Shown here: positions 1 through 8,566 of the stretch, in pieces
Layout: each line of letters opens with the position of its first letter
How positions within the stretch are numbered: position 1 is the stretch's first letter
Virus record (IMG/VR): IMGVR_UViG_3300028809_000013
Span: 332 to 64,331 of that record
Origin: a virus
Taxonomy: Duplodnaviria; Caudoviricetes
Direction: 5' to 3' (one strand)
DNA length: 64,000 nt
The notes under the pieces: model-generated
Databases searched by the model: none
Told to the model about the DNA's origin: nothing
Seen by the model: only the letters and a program-made list of their open reading frames with translations
Made by a program: the position numbers and the translations under genes

Positions 1-160
1 TGGAGGCCAGCACGAAGTACGCGCCGCGGGCGTCGATGGACAGGGATTCGTCCAGCGCCGCAGTGGTGCAAATCGTAGTGTAGGTAGACTTCTGGCGGCG
101 CAGGACGATTTGTGCCTCGTCTTGGCCCGGCACTTGCGCAGGAGAGGTGTTCAGGTGCAT
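1..160 (-). CDS. Replication initiator/HTH protein, N-terminal part (runs off the left edge)
   Basis: Manual translation from ATG at 160: MHLNTSPAQVPGQDEAQIVLRRQKSTYTTICTTAALDESLSIDARGAYFVLAS. Resembles the N-terminal wHTH start of phage replication proteins (T.I....D..LS..ARG). Confidence 0.55.
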   Translation of the reverse strand, partial: MHLNTSPAQVPGQDEAQIVLRRQKSTYTTICTTAALDESLSIDARGAYFVLAS

Positions 161-636
161 CTTGGTGTGTACCTTTCGTGTCTTGGACGACGCGCCCCTT
201 AGCTTCCAGGCAGAGGGGGCGCGTCGTCCTTTTGTGTTGGGCGCCGACGTGGGAAGGTGTCGGGCGGGGCGAACGAGGAGAAACTTACATCATCCTACAA
301 GTGTTGCACAAGCGCTACGATTCGTCGGAAGACAGTTGCGACGCAGACAGAGCCGCAGTCGCAACCCAAAGCGATTCCCAGCAGCCACTTAGCTGGAAAA
401 CCGTTTCGTCGTAGTTCGGCTTCCATGAAATCGTGCCGCGAAAACGGTGGACGCCGGGTTCCTTCGGATGACCGCAGATCCCAAGCTCGCCCGCCCCCCT
501 CCCGCAGCACGACACGTCCTCGCCAAAGGCGTCGTGTGCCGATAGTGAGAGTTCGCCGGGCTCCGTGCGATCCCCGTCCCAGCCCATCACCCATCCGTCG
601 CCTTCCTCGTTCACGGCGAGGAGGATTTCAATTCGT

Positions 637-1038
637 TCAGGCATCGCCGCGCTCCTGCTTTAGCTCGTTGTAGCGAACCATGTAGGTCGGGTTGAACTCG
701 TACTCCGGCTTGCGCCCCTCCCGTGCGTCTTCTTCCGCGTACTCCACCATCAGCGCGTTCAGTCGTTGCTTGTTGTCGCCCCATTCCGCCCTCAGCGGGT
801 TTCTTCCTTCCTGCGTCCATATCTGCGTTGTGGGCTTCTTCGGGCGCGACTGCTGAAGCCACCTGTGCGCCTCTTCCGCCGTAACCGTGGAGCGCTGCAC
901 CTCGCCGTTCTCGTCCAGCCAGACCAGCGTGATTTGCGAGTGTTGCACGCGGCCCACGGCAAAATACGCTTTCTCCTGTCGTGCTCTTTCATCGCCGGGC
1001 TCGGCTACCTTCTCACCGAAGAGGTTGTGGTATTCCAT
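637..1038 (-). CDS. Hypothetical protein (133 aa)
   Basis: ORF with natural composition, packed in a minus-strand run. Confidence 0.65.
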   Translation of the reverse strand: MEYHNLFGEKVAEPGDERARQEKAYFAVGRVQHSQITLVWLDENGEVQRSTVTAEEAHRWLQQSRPKKPTTQIWTQEGRNPLRAEWGDNKQRLNALMVEYAEEDAREGRKPEYEFNPTYMVRYNELKQERGDA

Positions 1039-1047
1039 GGTTCATTC

Positions 1048-1668
1048 TCAGGGTTGGTGTGGCTGCCGGCGGTGCGGATCGTTGGACGCGTAGAAGATCA
1101 GGGACTTGCGGTCCTCCAGTTGCAGGCGGATCAGCTCGCCGGATTCCTTGTACTCCTCGTACTCCGCCCACGCTTTCGACAGTTCGGCCTTCAACAGCGC
1201 GTGCTGCTCTCGCTGCCGTGCGTCTCCCTCCAACCGGCTCTTGTAGCGAGGGTCGGCCTTGGCGCGTGCCTCCACCTCGCCCTGCGTCAACTGGATGATC
1301 TTGGTGGTGGGCTCCTCCCCGGCGCGCTTGGGCGGCACCTTCTCGGTGTCCGGATTAGCGTAGTAGCGCTGCCGCACCTCCTCCATGATCTCGGCAAGGA
1401 GCTGCGTGCGCTCGTGCTCCGCCTGCGACGGCATGGTTCCGTGCGTCTCGAAGCGAGCCACCAGCCCGGCGATCCTGGATTGCAGTTGGCCGATTTTCTG
1501 CTTGGCCTGCGCCCGTAGCTGCACCGCCGCGTCAAAGCCCTCGAACATGGCCGCGCGATCGTACCCGGTCAGCGCGTCCACCTCCTCCGAAAGCTCGGTG
1601 GGGCGGAAGTACAGGTTGCCGCAGCCGTGGCCGGCGGGCTCGTTGTATAATGGAAACGGGATGCTCAT
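1048..1668 (-). CDS. Hypothetical coiled-coil protein (206 aa)
   Basis: ORF with helical charged composition, tight packing. Confidence 0.7.
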   Translation of the reverse strand: MSIPFPLYNEPAGHGCGNLYFRPTELSEEVDALTGYDRAAMFEGFDAAVQLRAQAKQKIGQLQSRIAGLVARFETHGTMPSQAEHERTQLLAEIMEEVRQRYYANPDTEKVPPKRAGEEPTTKIIQLTQGEVEARAKADPRYKSRLEGDARQREQHALLKAELSKAWAEYEEYKESGELIRLQLEDRKSLIFYASNDPHRRQPHQP

Positions 1669-1676
1669 GGGTCTGT

Positions 1677-1904
1677 TCAGTTCGTGGGGATGGGGAGTGC
1701 GCAGATGTAGCGATAGCCGTACGATCCGCCCCTGCGTTCAATCTCAAGGCCGTGGAATAACGTGTCTACTTCCTCCGTGCTGCCGTCGCTCCAGCGCACG
1801 GTTGCGTACAACTGCCGGCATTCTATAACGCGTCCCGTACGGGTAATGTCGGTGGGTCGCTGTACGCGCTCGCCGCCAACGAGGAGCCTGCCATGTTCGT
1901 CCAT
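1677..1904 (-). CDS. Hypothetical protein (75 aa)
   Basis: Fills the gap between neighbouring genes. Confidence 0.45.
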   Translation of the reverse strand: MDEHGRLLVGGERVQRPTDITRTGRVIECRQLYATVRWSDGSTEEVDTLFHGLEIERRGGSYGYRYICALPIPTN

Positions 1905-1961
1905 GTGTGAATGGGGTTGCTCCCCCTGCGCGGTGAACGCAGGGGGAGACGTGGATGTAGG

Positions 1962-2687
1962 CTAAAAGGGAATTTCGGGATCGAAATCGTTCATCGGCGG
2001 CGCCTGATAGTTGTCGTACGTGTTCGGGCGCGGTCCTTCCCCGATGGGCGGCGACATCGGTCCTCCGAAGGGATCATCGCCGCCGCCGAATGGATCGGAC
2101 GCCGCTTGACGTGCGGGCGGGGTGCCCGGAGTGGCGCCGGCTGCTGGGGCGTCCTGCTGTTGTGCCTCGCGCGGCGGACGGTCCTTGATCCGCACGTAGT
2201 TGCTGGGGATCTTCATCGGCGTGTAGCCGTTCGGCAGCGCCTCGATCCATTTCCCCTTGTCCGCGATGTTGGCGTACTTGCCATCGTCGGAGTGTGTGAC
2301 GGACAGCTCCGCCGTGCGCCCCAGCAGCGGCGCCTCGATGTCGCGCTTCAGCGTCGCAACCTGCTCGTCGGTCAGCGCCCGGCCGCCGTTGCACCACTTC
2401 TCGATGACCTTGCGCAGATTGGCCTGCGGTGCCAGCGAGAACCTGTACCGGTGCGCCACGGTGAGCGGCCAGCCCATCTCCGGGTTGTGGTACGCGTTGC
2501 CCTGAGTGTCGCCCGTGGCGAACACCAGCAGCAGCATCGGCACCAGTTCCTTCTCCTCGCTGTTGAACTTCTTCTGTTCCACCAGCCCCAGGTAGTGCAC
2601 GTCCGCGCAGACTGCGTTCGTGCGCCCCGCGGGGGTCAGGTGCCGGGTAAACCCGCCGCCTTCATCATCAGGTACCGGGATCGCCAT
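1962..2687 (-). CDS. Putative single-stranded DNA-binding protein
   Basis: Beta-rich core, Pro/Gly/Ala linker and acidic-aromatic tail DFDPEIPF typical of SSB C-termini. Confidence 0.6.
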   Translation of the reverse strand: MAIPVPDDEGGGFTRHLTPAGRTNAVCADVHYLGLVEQKKFNSEEKELVPMLLLVFATGDTQGNAYHNPEMGWPLTVAHRYRFSLAPQANLRKVIEKWCNGGRALTDEQVATLKRDIEAPLLGRTAELSVTHSDDGKYANIADKGKWIEALPNGYTPMKIPSNYVRIKDRPPREAQQQDAPAAGATPGTPPARQAASDPFGGGDDPFGGPMSPPIGEGPRPNTYDNYQAPPMNDFDPEIPF

Positions 2688-2702
2688 CGTCTCTTGCCTC
2701 TG

Positions 2703-3020
2703 TTACTGGTTGAAAAGTACGCTTTCTTCCACGCCGAGCACCTGCGCCAGCGCCTTCCGCGCCTGCTCACGGGGTCGCATCCCCGCTTCCCACCGGCTGA
2801 TTTTCCATTTCCCGCTACAGGACGCGCCGAGGTTCTTTACTGCGTCGGCAAGGTCCGTCTGCGACATGCGCCGCTCGATGCGGAGGAAGCGGATGCGCTC
2901 CCCCGGCGAGCGGTTTCGCAGCAGCTCGTGCATCGCCGCCCGCTGGATCATCGCCTCTCGCCCGTCGTCCGCCGCCTCGTGCGGCATCGCATTCCTCCTG
3001 CTGTTGGTGACGCCCGACAC
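2703..3020 (-). CDS. XRE-family HTH regulator
   Basis: GERIRFLRIERRMSQTDLA...ISRWEAG.R.P motif; start uncertain. Confidence 0.85.
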   Translation of the reverse strand: MSGVTNSRRNAMPHEAADDGREAMIQRAAMHELLRNRSPGERIRFLRIERRMSQTDLADAVKNLGASCSGKWKISRWEAGMRPREQARKALAQVLGVEESVLFNQ

Positions 3021-3025
3021 AACCC

Positions 3026-3074
3026 TTGCGCGTCGGTCGAGAGCAACTTAGTATTGTTGCAACGAGGTTGTCAA
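3026..3074. promoter_or_regulatory. Overlapping divergent sigma70-like promoters
   Basis: + strand TTGCGC(3026)-N17-TAGTAT; - strand TTGACA(3074)-N18-TAAGTT; palindrome GTTGCAAC at 3056-3063. Confidence 0.55.
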
Positions 3075-3110
3075 GAGCGCCATCGACCACGGCAACAAAG
3101 GAGAGATAAG

Positions 3111-3329
3111 ATGGGCATGCTTTACGAATATCGAGGTGACTGGGGGCCAGAATGGGATGAGTACAAATCCACCGCACATCCGCCGTTGGAGCCGGTGGAT
3201 CGGCACAGCATCGTGTGCGCAGGCTGCGGTGACGTGTTGGTGGTAGATTGTGGCTGCGGACTGAGCCTGACGGACCACGAGGACGAGTCTTTGTGCGACG
3301 ACTGCACGCTGGAGGAGTTTGAGCGATGA
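3111..3329 (+). CDS. Small Cys-rich (Zn-binding) protein
   Basis: AAGGAG RBS upstream; CxxC motifs; stop overlaps the next ATG. Confidence 0.6.
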   Translation: MGMLYEYRGDWGPEWDEYKSTAHPPLEPVDRHSIVCAGCGDVLVVDCGCGLSLTDHEDESLCDDCTLEEFER

Positions 3330-3820
3330 AAACGGATTACAACGTCATCCGCAGAATTCACGGGCACGCAGGTGAGGAGCTGCCCGTGTGGATGAACGAT
3401 TGGGGCACCTTCAACACTATGCCCGAACCGTGGCGCGAGATCAGCCACGACGAATACTGGCACGGCAACATTTACGTGCATCACGCGGAGGAATACCGGC
3501 AGGTGCGACTGGACCGATACCCGGAGACACACCCCGACCGGGAACGGATTGCGGCCCTTCTTGGCGTTTGTGGGATGTGCGAAGTCACGATTTGCTGGGG
3601 AAACGAGGGCGCGTACGCAATCGTGAAGCCCGCGTTTAGAGCTGCTACGAAAGAAGAACGTGAGTCCAACGGAGGGTGCCCATACCGCTTCTCTCAGCCA
3701 CGGTACCTGCACATCGGTTGCAAGCACGAAGACGTGCACGTAAGGCAGATTTCTGCGTGCTACAACGAGTACAAGTGCACCAAGTGTGGGCGCAGCGTGA
3801 ACATCGATAGTTCAGGATGA
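3326..3820 (+). CDS. Hypothetical protein with C-terminal Zn ribbon
   Basis: ATGA overlaps at both ends; C-x-H...CxxC. Confidence 0.7.
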   Translation: MKTDYNVIRRIHGHAGEELPVWMNDWGTFNTMPEPWREISHDEYWHGNIYVHHAEEYRQVRLDRYPETHPDRERIAALLGVCGMCEVTICWGNEGAYAIVKPAFRAATKEERESNGGCPYRFSQPRYLHIGCKHEDVHVRQISACYNEYKCTKCGRSVNIDSSG

Positions 3821-4068
3821 ACCGACCTATGAAGACGATCACGACGACACACGGGAACCCCGGCCCGATGGACACGATGCCGGGTGAGGCGGAGCAGGTG
3901 CCGCTGGAGATGTCTCACGCCACTGTTTCACTGTCGGCGGAAGATCGGCTGGCGGCCATCGTCGCCATCATCCGCAAGGCGCGCCGTCTGTCCGACGACA
4001 ACGCGCTGCTGCTGCCGGATGAGGTGGAGAAGGTGTACGCACTCGCCATGGGGAGCGCCGAGCCGTGA
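3817..4068 (+). CDS. Hypothetical protein
   Basis: Translationally coupled ORF. Confidence 0.55.
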   Translation: MNRPMKTITTTHGNPGPMDTMPGEAEQVPLEMSHATVSLSAEDRLAAIVAIIRKARRLSDDNALLLPDEVEKVYALAMGSAEP

Positions 4069-4253
4069 AACCCATCCTCGTAATTGCCGCGGCTGCCCTC
4101 CCTGTGGCGCTGGCGTGGGGAGCGCTGGGCTGGTACGCGTTTCTCGCCACGCAGCGGGACCGCAACCGGCTGGACCTGATGCGGGAGATGGGGCGCACGC
4201 GGTTGTCGGAGACGCCGGCCATGGTGCACGCGGCCACGTGGAGGCCACGGTGA
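4065..4253 (+). CDS. Small membrane protein
   Basis: N-terminal hydrophobic helix; coupled start and stop. Confidence 0.55.
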   Translation: MKPILVIAAAALPVALAWGALGWYAFLATQRDRNRLDLMREMGRTRLSETPAMVHAATWRPR

Positions 4254-4438
4254 CGAATCCAGAGTACGACACGGGGGCAGGGTCCGTCCAAGAAGAAATC
4301 AGAAAGCTGGTTGACGCTCTCCCTGATTTGGATCGCGAATGCGCTTGCGGGGGTGTCTACGTTTGCCGTCGTTGCAAGGCACTCTCACAGACACAAATTG
4401 CAACGCGGTGGTTGCAGGGGCGGTTCGGATGCGCTTAG
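4250..4438 (+). CDS. Small Cys-containing protein
   Basis: GTGA overlap; CxC...CxxC. Confidence 0.45.
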   Translation: MTNPEYDTGAGSVQEEIRKLVDALPDLDRECACGGVYVCRRCKALSQTQIATRWLQGRFGCA

Positions 4439-4869
4439 AGGAAATGTCGCCGGACGAGCTGCGGCGCCTGATGGACAGTCCCCTTGCCGGCGACGCGCTT
4501 AAGGACCGCATCCAGCGCATGCTAGCCCTGCGTGAAAACTCGGCTCTGAGCAACAACAGAATCTTTATCCGCCCCACGGAGCCGGAAGCCGCCGAACAGC
4601 AGGCGGGGATCAACCTGCTGCTCTCGCGGGGCTGGAAGAAGTGGCGTGTGGGGCAGCGTGACGCGCGGGGGACGCAAGACCCTGGATTCCCCGACGTGAC
4701 CGCGATACACCCCAAGCACGGCCTGCTCTTTTGGGAGGCCAAGGGAAAGGGCGGGCGCCAGAGCGAGGAACAGAAGGATTTCCAGCGCGCGTGCGAAGAA
4801 GCGGGCCTGCGGTATGTGTTAGGAGGATGCGAGACGATGCGGGCGGCACTCAACGAATTGGACGAATGA
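4429..4869 (+). CDS. VRR-NUC (PD-(D/E)xK) nuclease
   Basis: PGFPDV...FWEAKGKGGRQSEEQKDF motif. Confidence 0.85.
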   Translation: MRLEEMSPDELRRLMDSPLAGDALKDRIQRMLALRENSALSNNRIFIRPTEPEAAEQQAGINLLLSRGWKKWRVGQRDARGTQDPGFPDVTAIHPKHGLLFWEAKGKGGRQSEEQKDFQRACEEAGLRYVLGGCETMRAALNELDE

Positions 4870-5492
4870 CAATGACTACCAAGAAGAAAGAGCGCTTCAT
4901 CAACCTGCGCGACGACGAGGTGCGAGCGGTGCTCGAGGGTGGGCCGGTGCAGATTCGCCGTCCCCTGAAGACTCAGCCCGTGCTGGATCGTCGGCTTTGG
5001 AAGATGCCGGCGCCGTTTGGCGCCGGATGGAGCGACGGGATTACCACCGTCCCATGCTTATCAGGACATACTTTGGCGACGCGTGGCCCGTACGGCGGCC
5101 CCGGCGACCGACTATACGTCCGTGAGGCGTGGACGGCGGACTGCGACATCACGGGATCGGCCTTCGGTGAGCCAAAATGGTGGCACGAGGTGCCGCGCAC
5201 CTTCCGCGGCCTCAAGGCCGTGGACTACCTCCTGTATCGGGCGGACGGGGCAGTCTTGCACGCGCCCCGTCCGGACCCGGAAATCGGGTACATTGGCACT
5301 CCCGCCCAACGAGCGTCCGACTGGCGCCCGCAGGATGAAGACCGCACGGACCTGCGCTGGCAGCCGTCCACCCGCATGCCCCGCTGGGCCTCCCGCCTGA
5401 CCGTGGAGAATGTGAAAACGCAACTGGAGCAAGCAGGGAAGGACGATCCGTGGGAGTGGGTCATCACCATCCAGTGTGTACACGACCAATGA
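4866..5492 (+). CDS. Conserved phage protein, ASCH/PUA-like
   Basis: VRAVLEG...RRPLK, PYG.PGDRLYVREAW and W.PS..MPRWASRL motifs. Confidence 0.7.
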   Translation: MTMTTKKKERFINLRDDEVRAVLEGGPVQIRRPLKTQPVLDRRLWKMPAPFGAGWSDGITTVPCLSGHTLATRGPYGGPGDRLYVREAWTADCDITGSAFGEPKWWHEVPRTFRGLKAVDYLLYRADGAVLHAPRPDPEIGYIGTPAQRASDWRPQDEDRTDLRWQPSTRMPRWASRLTVENVKTQLEQAGKDDPWEWVITIQCVHDQ

Positions 5493-5665
5493 GCACCAAC
5501 CGCATTCAAGATTGCTGGGCGCTGTTCATCGAGGGACAGGCGGAGCCGTTTTGCACGGCCACGCCCATCGAGGCGGCAGTTACGCAGGCCAAGGCGGAGC
5601 GTAAGTCCACCGGGAAGAAGATCACGATCCGCCCCATGGGCGACTCCTTCAAGGCATCCCCATGA
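5489..5665 (+). CDS. Hypothetical protein
   Basis: Coupled ORF. Confidence 0.5.
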   Translation: MSTNRIQDCWALFIEGQAEPFCTATPIEAAVTQAKAERKSTGKKITIRPMGDSFKASP

Positions 5666-6111
5666 CCCCGCGGCATTCGTGGCTGGAGTTGCACGGACGC
5701 TGGGCACAGGCGGACCACGTGCTGAAGGCCCGCGGTGAGCAGGCGTACCGGATGAAGCGCGCGCTACTGATGCCGCCCAAGCTGGACGGACGCACACAGC
5801 GCATGGTGAAGCGGATCGTGCGCAATGTGGAGTTGCTGACGCATTTACAGCGTACGCAATCGGTGGACTGGCTTCGTGGGGGGAATCCAATGGCTCGCTG
5901 GCAGATCGCGGATAGCATCCGTGCCTTGCGCCGTCACATCGCACGACCGGCGGATCACCCCCGTGGCGGCCTGTGGGGGCGCACCAGCGAGTTCAGCCCC
6001 CTCCTGCGCGCGTACCTGCGGGGGGAGACGACCGATGCCGAGTTTGAGACGCGGATGGGCTGGGCGCTGCGGCTACTGGAAAACGTACAGGAGACACAAG
6101 ATGCAGGATGA
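5662..6111 (+). CDS. Hypothetical protein
   Basis: Coupled ORF, 149 aa. Confidence 0.6.
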   Translation: MTPRHSWLELHGRWAQADHVLKARGEQAYRMKRALLMPPKLDGRTQRMVKRIVRNVELLTHLQRTQSVDWLRGGNPMARWQIADSIRALRRHIARPADHPRGGLWGRTSEFSPLLRAYLRGETTDAEFETRMGWALRLLENVQETQDAG

Positions 6112-6577
6112 GAAAAGCTTTACGGTGCTCGCTGTTCTTCAGAACCAGTGGTTCAACGACCCGGACCGTGTTCGCGAGATCGTCTCCGACATGACTCGTC
6201 GTGAGCGCCGCCGGTGGGACAGCGCCATGCTGTTTATGGGCTGTCTGTCCGGCCGTCGCCTGAAGCGCGCGTTTGGCGAGGATGCTGTGTACGAGTGGGA
6301 AACCACCAACGCCTCCGCGGAGATCGGTGGGCAGTCTGCGGCGCGGTTCCCGGCGGACCTCGACCACCTCCGCGCAGAGATCGAGGACGTGCAGCCGGAT
6401 CTGATTCTCGCCTTCGGTAAAATCGCGGCCGTAGCTCTCCCGCGGGTCTGGAATGGCCCGCTCATTATCGGCCCGCATCCCGCAGCCCGCCCGCCGATTG
6501 ATGCTCCGGCGGAGTTGGCGCGCATGGCGGGGGAGCTGGAGGCGTGGCGACTGAAAATGCACGAGGTAAACCGATGA
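6101..6577 (+). CDS. Uracil-DNA-glycosylase-superfamily-like protein
   Basis: SGRRLKR...TNA...LRAEIEDVQPDLILAFGKIA...PHPAAR pattern of the UDG fold. Confidence 0.6.
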   Translation: MQDEKSFTVLAVLQNQWFNDPDRVREIVSDMTRRERRRWDSAMLFMGCLSGRRLKRAFGEDAVYEWETTNASAEIGGQSAARFPADLDHLRAEIEDVQPDLILAFGKIAAVALPRVWNGPLIIGPHPAARPPIDAPAELARMAGELEAWRLKMHEVNR

Positions 6578-6948
6578 AGGAAGATCTTGAATTCGCGCTG
6601 CGTCAGGAAAACGAGGCGCTACGCGCACAGGCGGAGAGCCTGCGCAGGTGGGTCAGCGATCTTCAGTCCGGCATGTACATCAACTGCGTGTACTGCGGGC
6701 ATCGCTACGGACCTGCCGATTCGGTGCAACCCTCCATGCAGGAGATTCTGCACCAGCACGTCCGCGTGTGCCCCAAGCATCCACTCGCGCGAGCGCTGGA
6801 GGATATGGACACCATTCGACGGATGGTGGCAGAGGTGAACGGGGATGACCCGGAGACGTGGCCCAAGCACGGGAACGCGCCCCTCGCCATCGCGTCGTGG
6901 CTGGCCCTGTTAAAGATCGAGCGCGACAGAGCGGAGACGGGCGCGTGA
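6574..6948 (+). CDS. Coiled-coil and Zn-finger protein
   Basis: CVYCG...H...CPKHP. Confidence 0.65.
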   Translation: MKEDLEFALRQENEALRAQAESLRRWVSDLQSGMYINCVYCGHRYGPADSVQPSMQEILHQHVRVCPKHPLARALEDMDTIRRMVAEVNGDDPETWPKHGNAPLAIASWLALLKIERDRAETGA

Positions 6949-7481
6949 GCAAGGGACTGGACCCCGCCCGCCTCGCCCGCAGCCTGACGGAAGCGCTCAA
7001 CCGTCCGTGGGGGCAGAGCCCGCCCGGCGTACACGGCTGTGGGCACACGGAACATGTGCTACGCTGCGTCTACTGCGCGCTGGAGAACAGCCACCGCGCC
7101 ACCAACCGCCGCATGCTGGACAAGCTGCTGGCTGGCGAGCGCGACCGCCTGCGGGACGAAGGCGCCGGAAACATCGCCGCCCGCCGTGCCCGTGCCCGCG
7201 GCAAGGCCCATGTCCTGCTCGTGGACCGCGTGCAGGACAGCCTGCACGCCGCGGGAGTGGTTGAGGTCGAGGTGGACCGCCGCGCCGTTCCTGTGGCCGT
7301 TTCGGCGTCCGGCATGTTCGGGCGGGAGCTGCGGGAGGACGAGGCGTGTGAGATCATCCAGGAGGCGCAGGAAGCATTGGACGCCACGCGCGAATATCAG
7401 ACGCACGTGCTGTGGGACAGAGTGCCGCCAGTCCTCCGTGTCGCCGGGATACCGGATCAGGTGGGACTGCTGGGGATGTGA
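6945..7481 (+). CDS. Hypothetical protein
   Basis: GTGA-coupled ORF. Confidence 0.55.
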   Translation: MSKGLDPARLARSLTEALNRPWGQSPPGVHGCGHTEHVLRCVYCALENSHRATNRRMLDKLLAGERDRLRDEGAGNIAARRARARGKAHVLLVDRVQDSLHAAGVVEVEVDRRAVPVAVSASGMFGRELREDEACEIIQEAQEALDATREYQTHVLWDRVPPVLRVAGIPDQVGLLGM

Positions 7482-7491
7482 AACGCGCCTC

Positions 7492-7569
7492 TTGACTTCC
7501 GCTGCGTAGGAAGATATATTGGTTGTAGTGAGATCAACCAACCCACCAGCACAGGGCAGGCGGAGCATG
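7492..7569 (+). promoter_or_regulatory. Repeated promoter-leader cassette, copy 1
   Basis: TTGACT-N17-TATATT followed by a leader shared with 42322-42398 and 45858-45935. Confidence 0.75.
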
Positions 7570-7839
7570 AGCACGACGACGGCAGCGCGGACGGTGCGGA
7601 AGCAGGTGATGGAAGCAATCCGCGAAGCGGGGTTCGGCGGCCGGCGCTTCTTCTATCAGGCGGTTCTCAATCCGACGTGGGCGGATGAGGACGCGGAGGA
7701 CTGCGTGGATATCCGTGCCCTTGACGAGGTCGTTGCCGAGGCCCGGCCGGGCGACGTGGTGGACGTGTACGTCTACACGCGGACGGACGAGGAGTGGGAC
7801 CAGACCCTCGTGGACAACGTCACCGTCAAGGTGATGTAG
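7567..7839 (+). CDS. Hypothetical protein
   Basis: Follows promoter and leader; hairpin at 7849-7870 after the stop. Confidence 0.65.
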   Translation: MSTTTAARTVRKQVMEAIREAGFGGRRFFYQAVLNPTWADEDAEDCVDIRALDEVVAEARPGDVVDVYVYTRTDEEWDQTLVDNVTVKVM

Positions 7840-7907
7840 TGACACTCCGGAGCCGGGCCATCCCGGCTCCGCGCCTCTCCACCCTTGCACTGACAGGTGG
7901 ACCGACA

Positions 7908-8141
7908 ATGAACGACGCGAATGCGGATCTGGAGCGAGAGATTCAGGCGAGGGTTGCCTACACGTTGAGGACGCGGCCTGAGTTTCAGGCGATGTCGCCG
8001 GAGGATGTCGGCGCGCTGGTGGGGACCAATATAGTGTTGTTGAAGCTCCACTCCGACTTTTCTGCGTCCACCAACACCGCCCGTGCTGTCTTGTCCAGCG
8101 TTATGCGGGACATGGGCGTTGAGTTGTGGCACCTGCTGTAG
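7908..8141 (+). CDS. Hypothetical protein
   Basis: AGGTGG RBS-like sequence; precedes TIGR-like array A. Confidence 0.55.
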   Translation: MNDANADLEREIQARVAYTLRTRPEFQAMSPEDVGALVGTNIVLLKLHSDFSASTNTARAVLSSVMRDMGVELWHLL

Positions 8142-8196
8142 CTAATCCGGCAACGCGGCGGCGGCACCGCGGAACCAATCTGAGTGGGCTAGAACG

Positions 8197-8461
8197 GACG
8201 AGCCGATCCACAGTAGAAGCACCCGAAGCTACAGAGCGAGCCTAGATACTGGAGATACCCGTCTAGTATGAGCGAGCCCGAGCGAAAGGAGTCACCCGCT
8301 GAGAACGAGCGAGCCGTAAGCACCGAGCTATCCGTAATTTGCTAGCGAGTCGCTTTTACCATAGGCATCCGTATACAAAGAACGAGTCGTGCCGCCGAAG
8401 GTAACCTAAGCCTCCAAGCGAGCCGGAGCAGAACAGACGACCTTTGGGTTGGAACGTACAG
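8197..8461 (+). repeat. TIGR-like guide-RNA array A (7 units)
   Basis: Alternating 9-nt repeats ARCGAGYCG and AGNNAYCCG-like, separated by unique 9-11-nt spacers; period 36-38 nt. Confidence 0.85.
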
Positions 8462-8496
8462 CGGGCTACGTAGGGAATCCCTACGTAGCCCGCTGT
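8458..8496. terminator. 19-bp perfect inverted repeat closing array A
   Basis: ACAGCGGGCTACGTAGGGA-A-TCCCTACGTAGCCCGCTGT between convergent units. Confidence 0.7.
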
Positions 8497-8566
8497 TGCA
8501 CCATCGAGCACCCCCACACGGATGTTGCGTACGATAGCCTTCTCCCCCGTGAGCCGCAAGAGGGCT

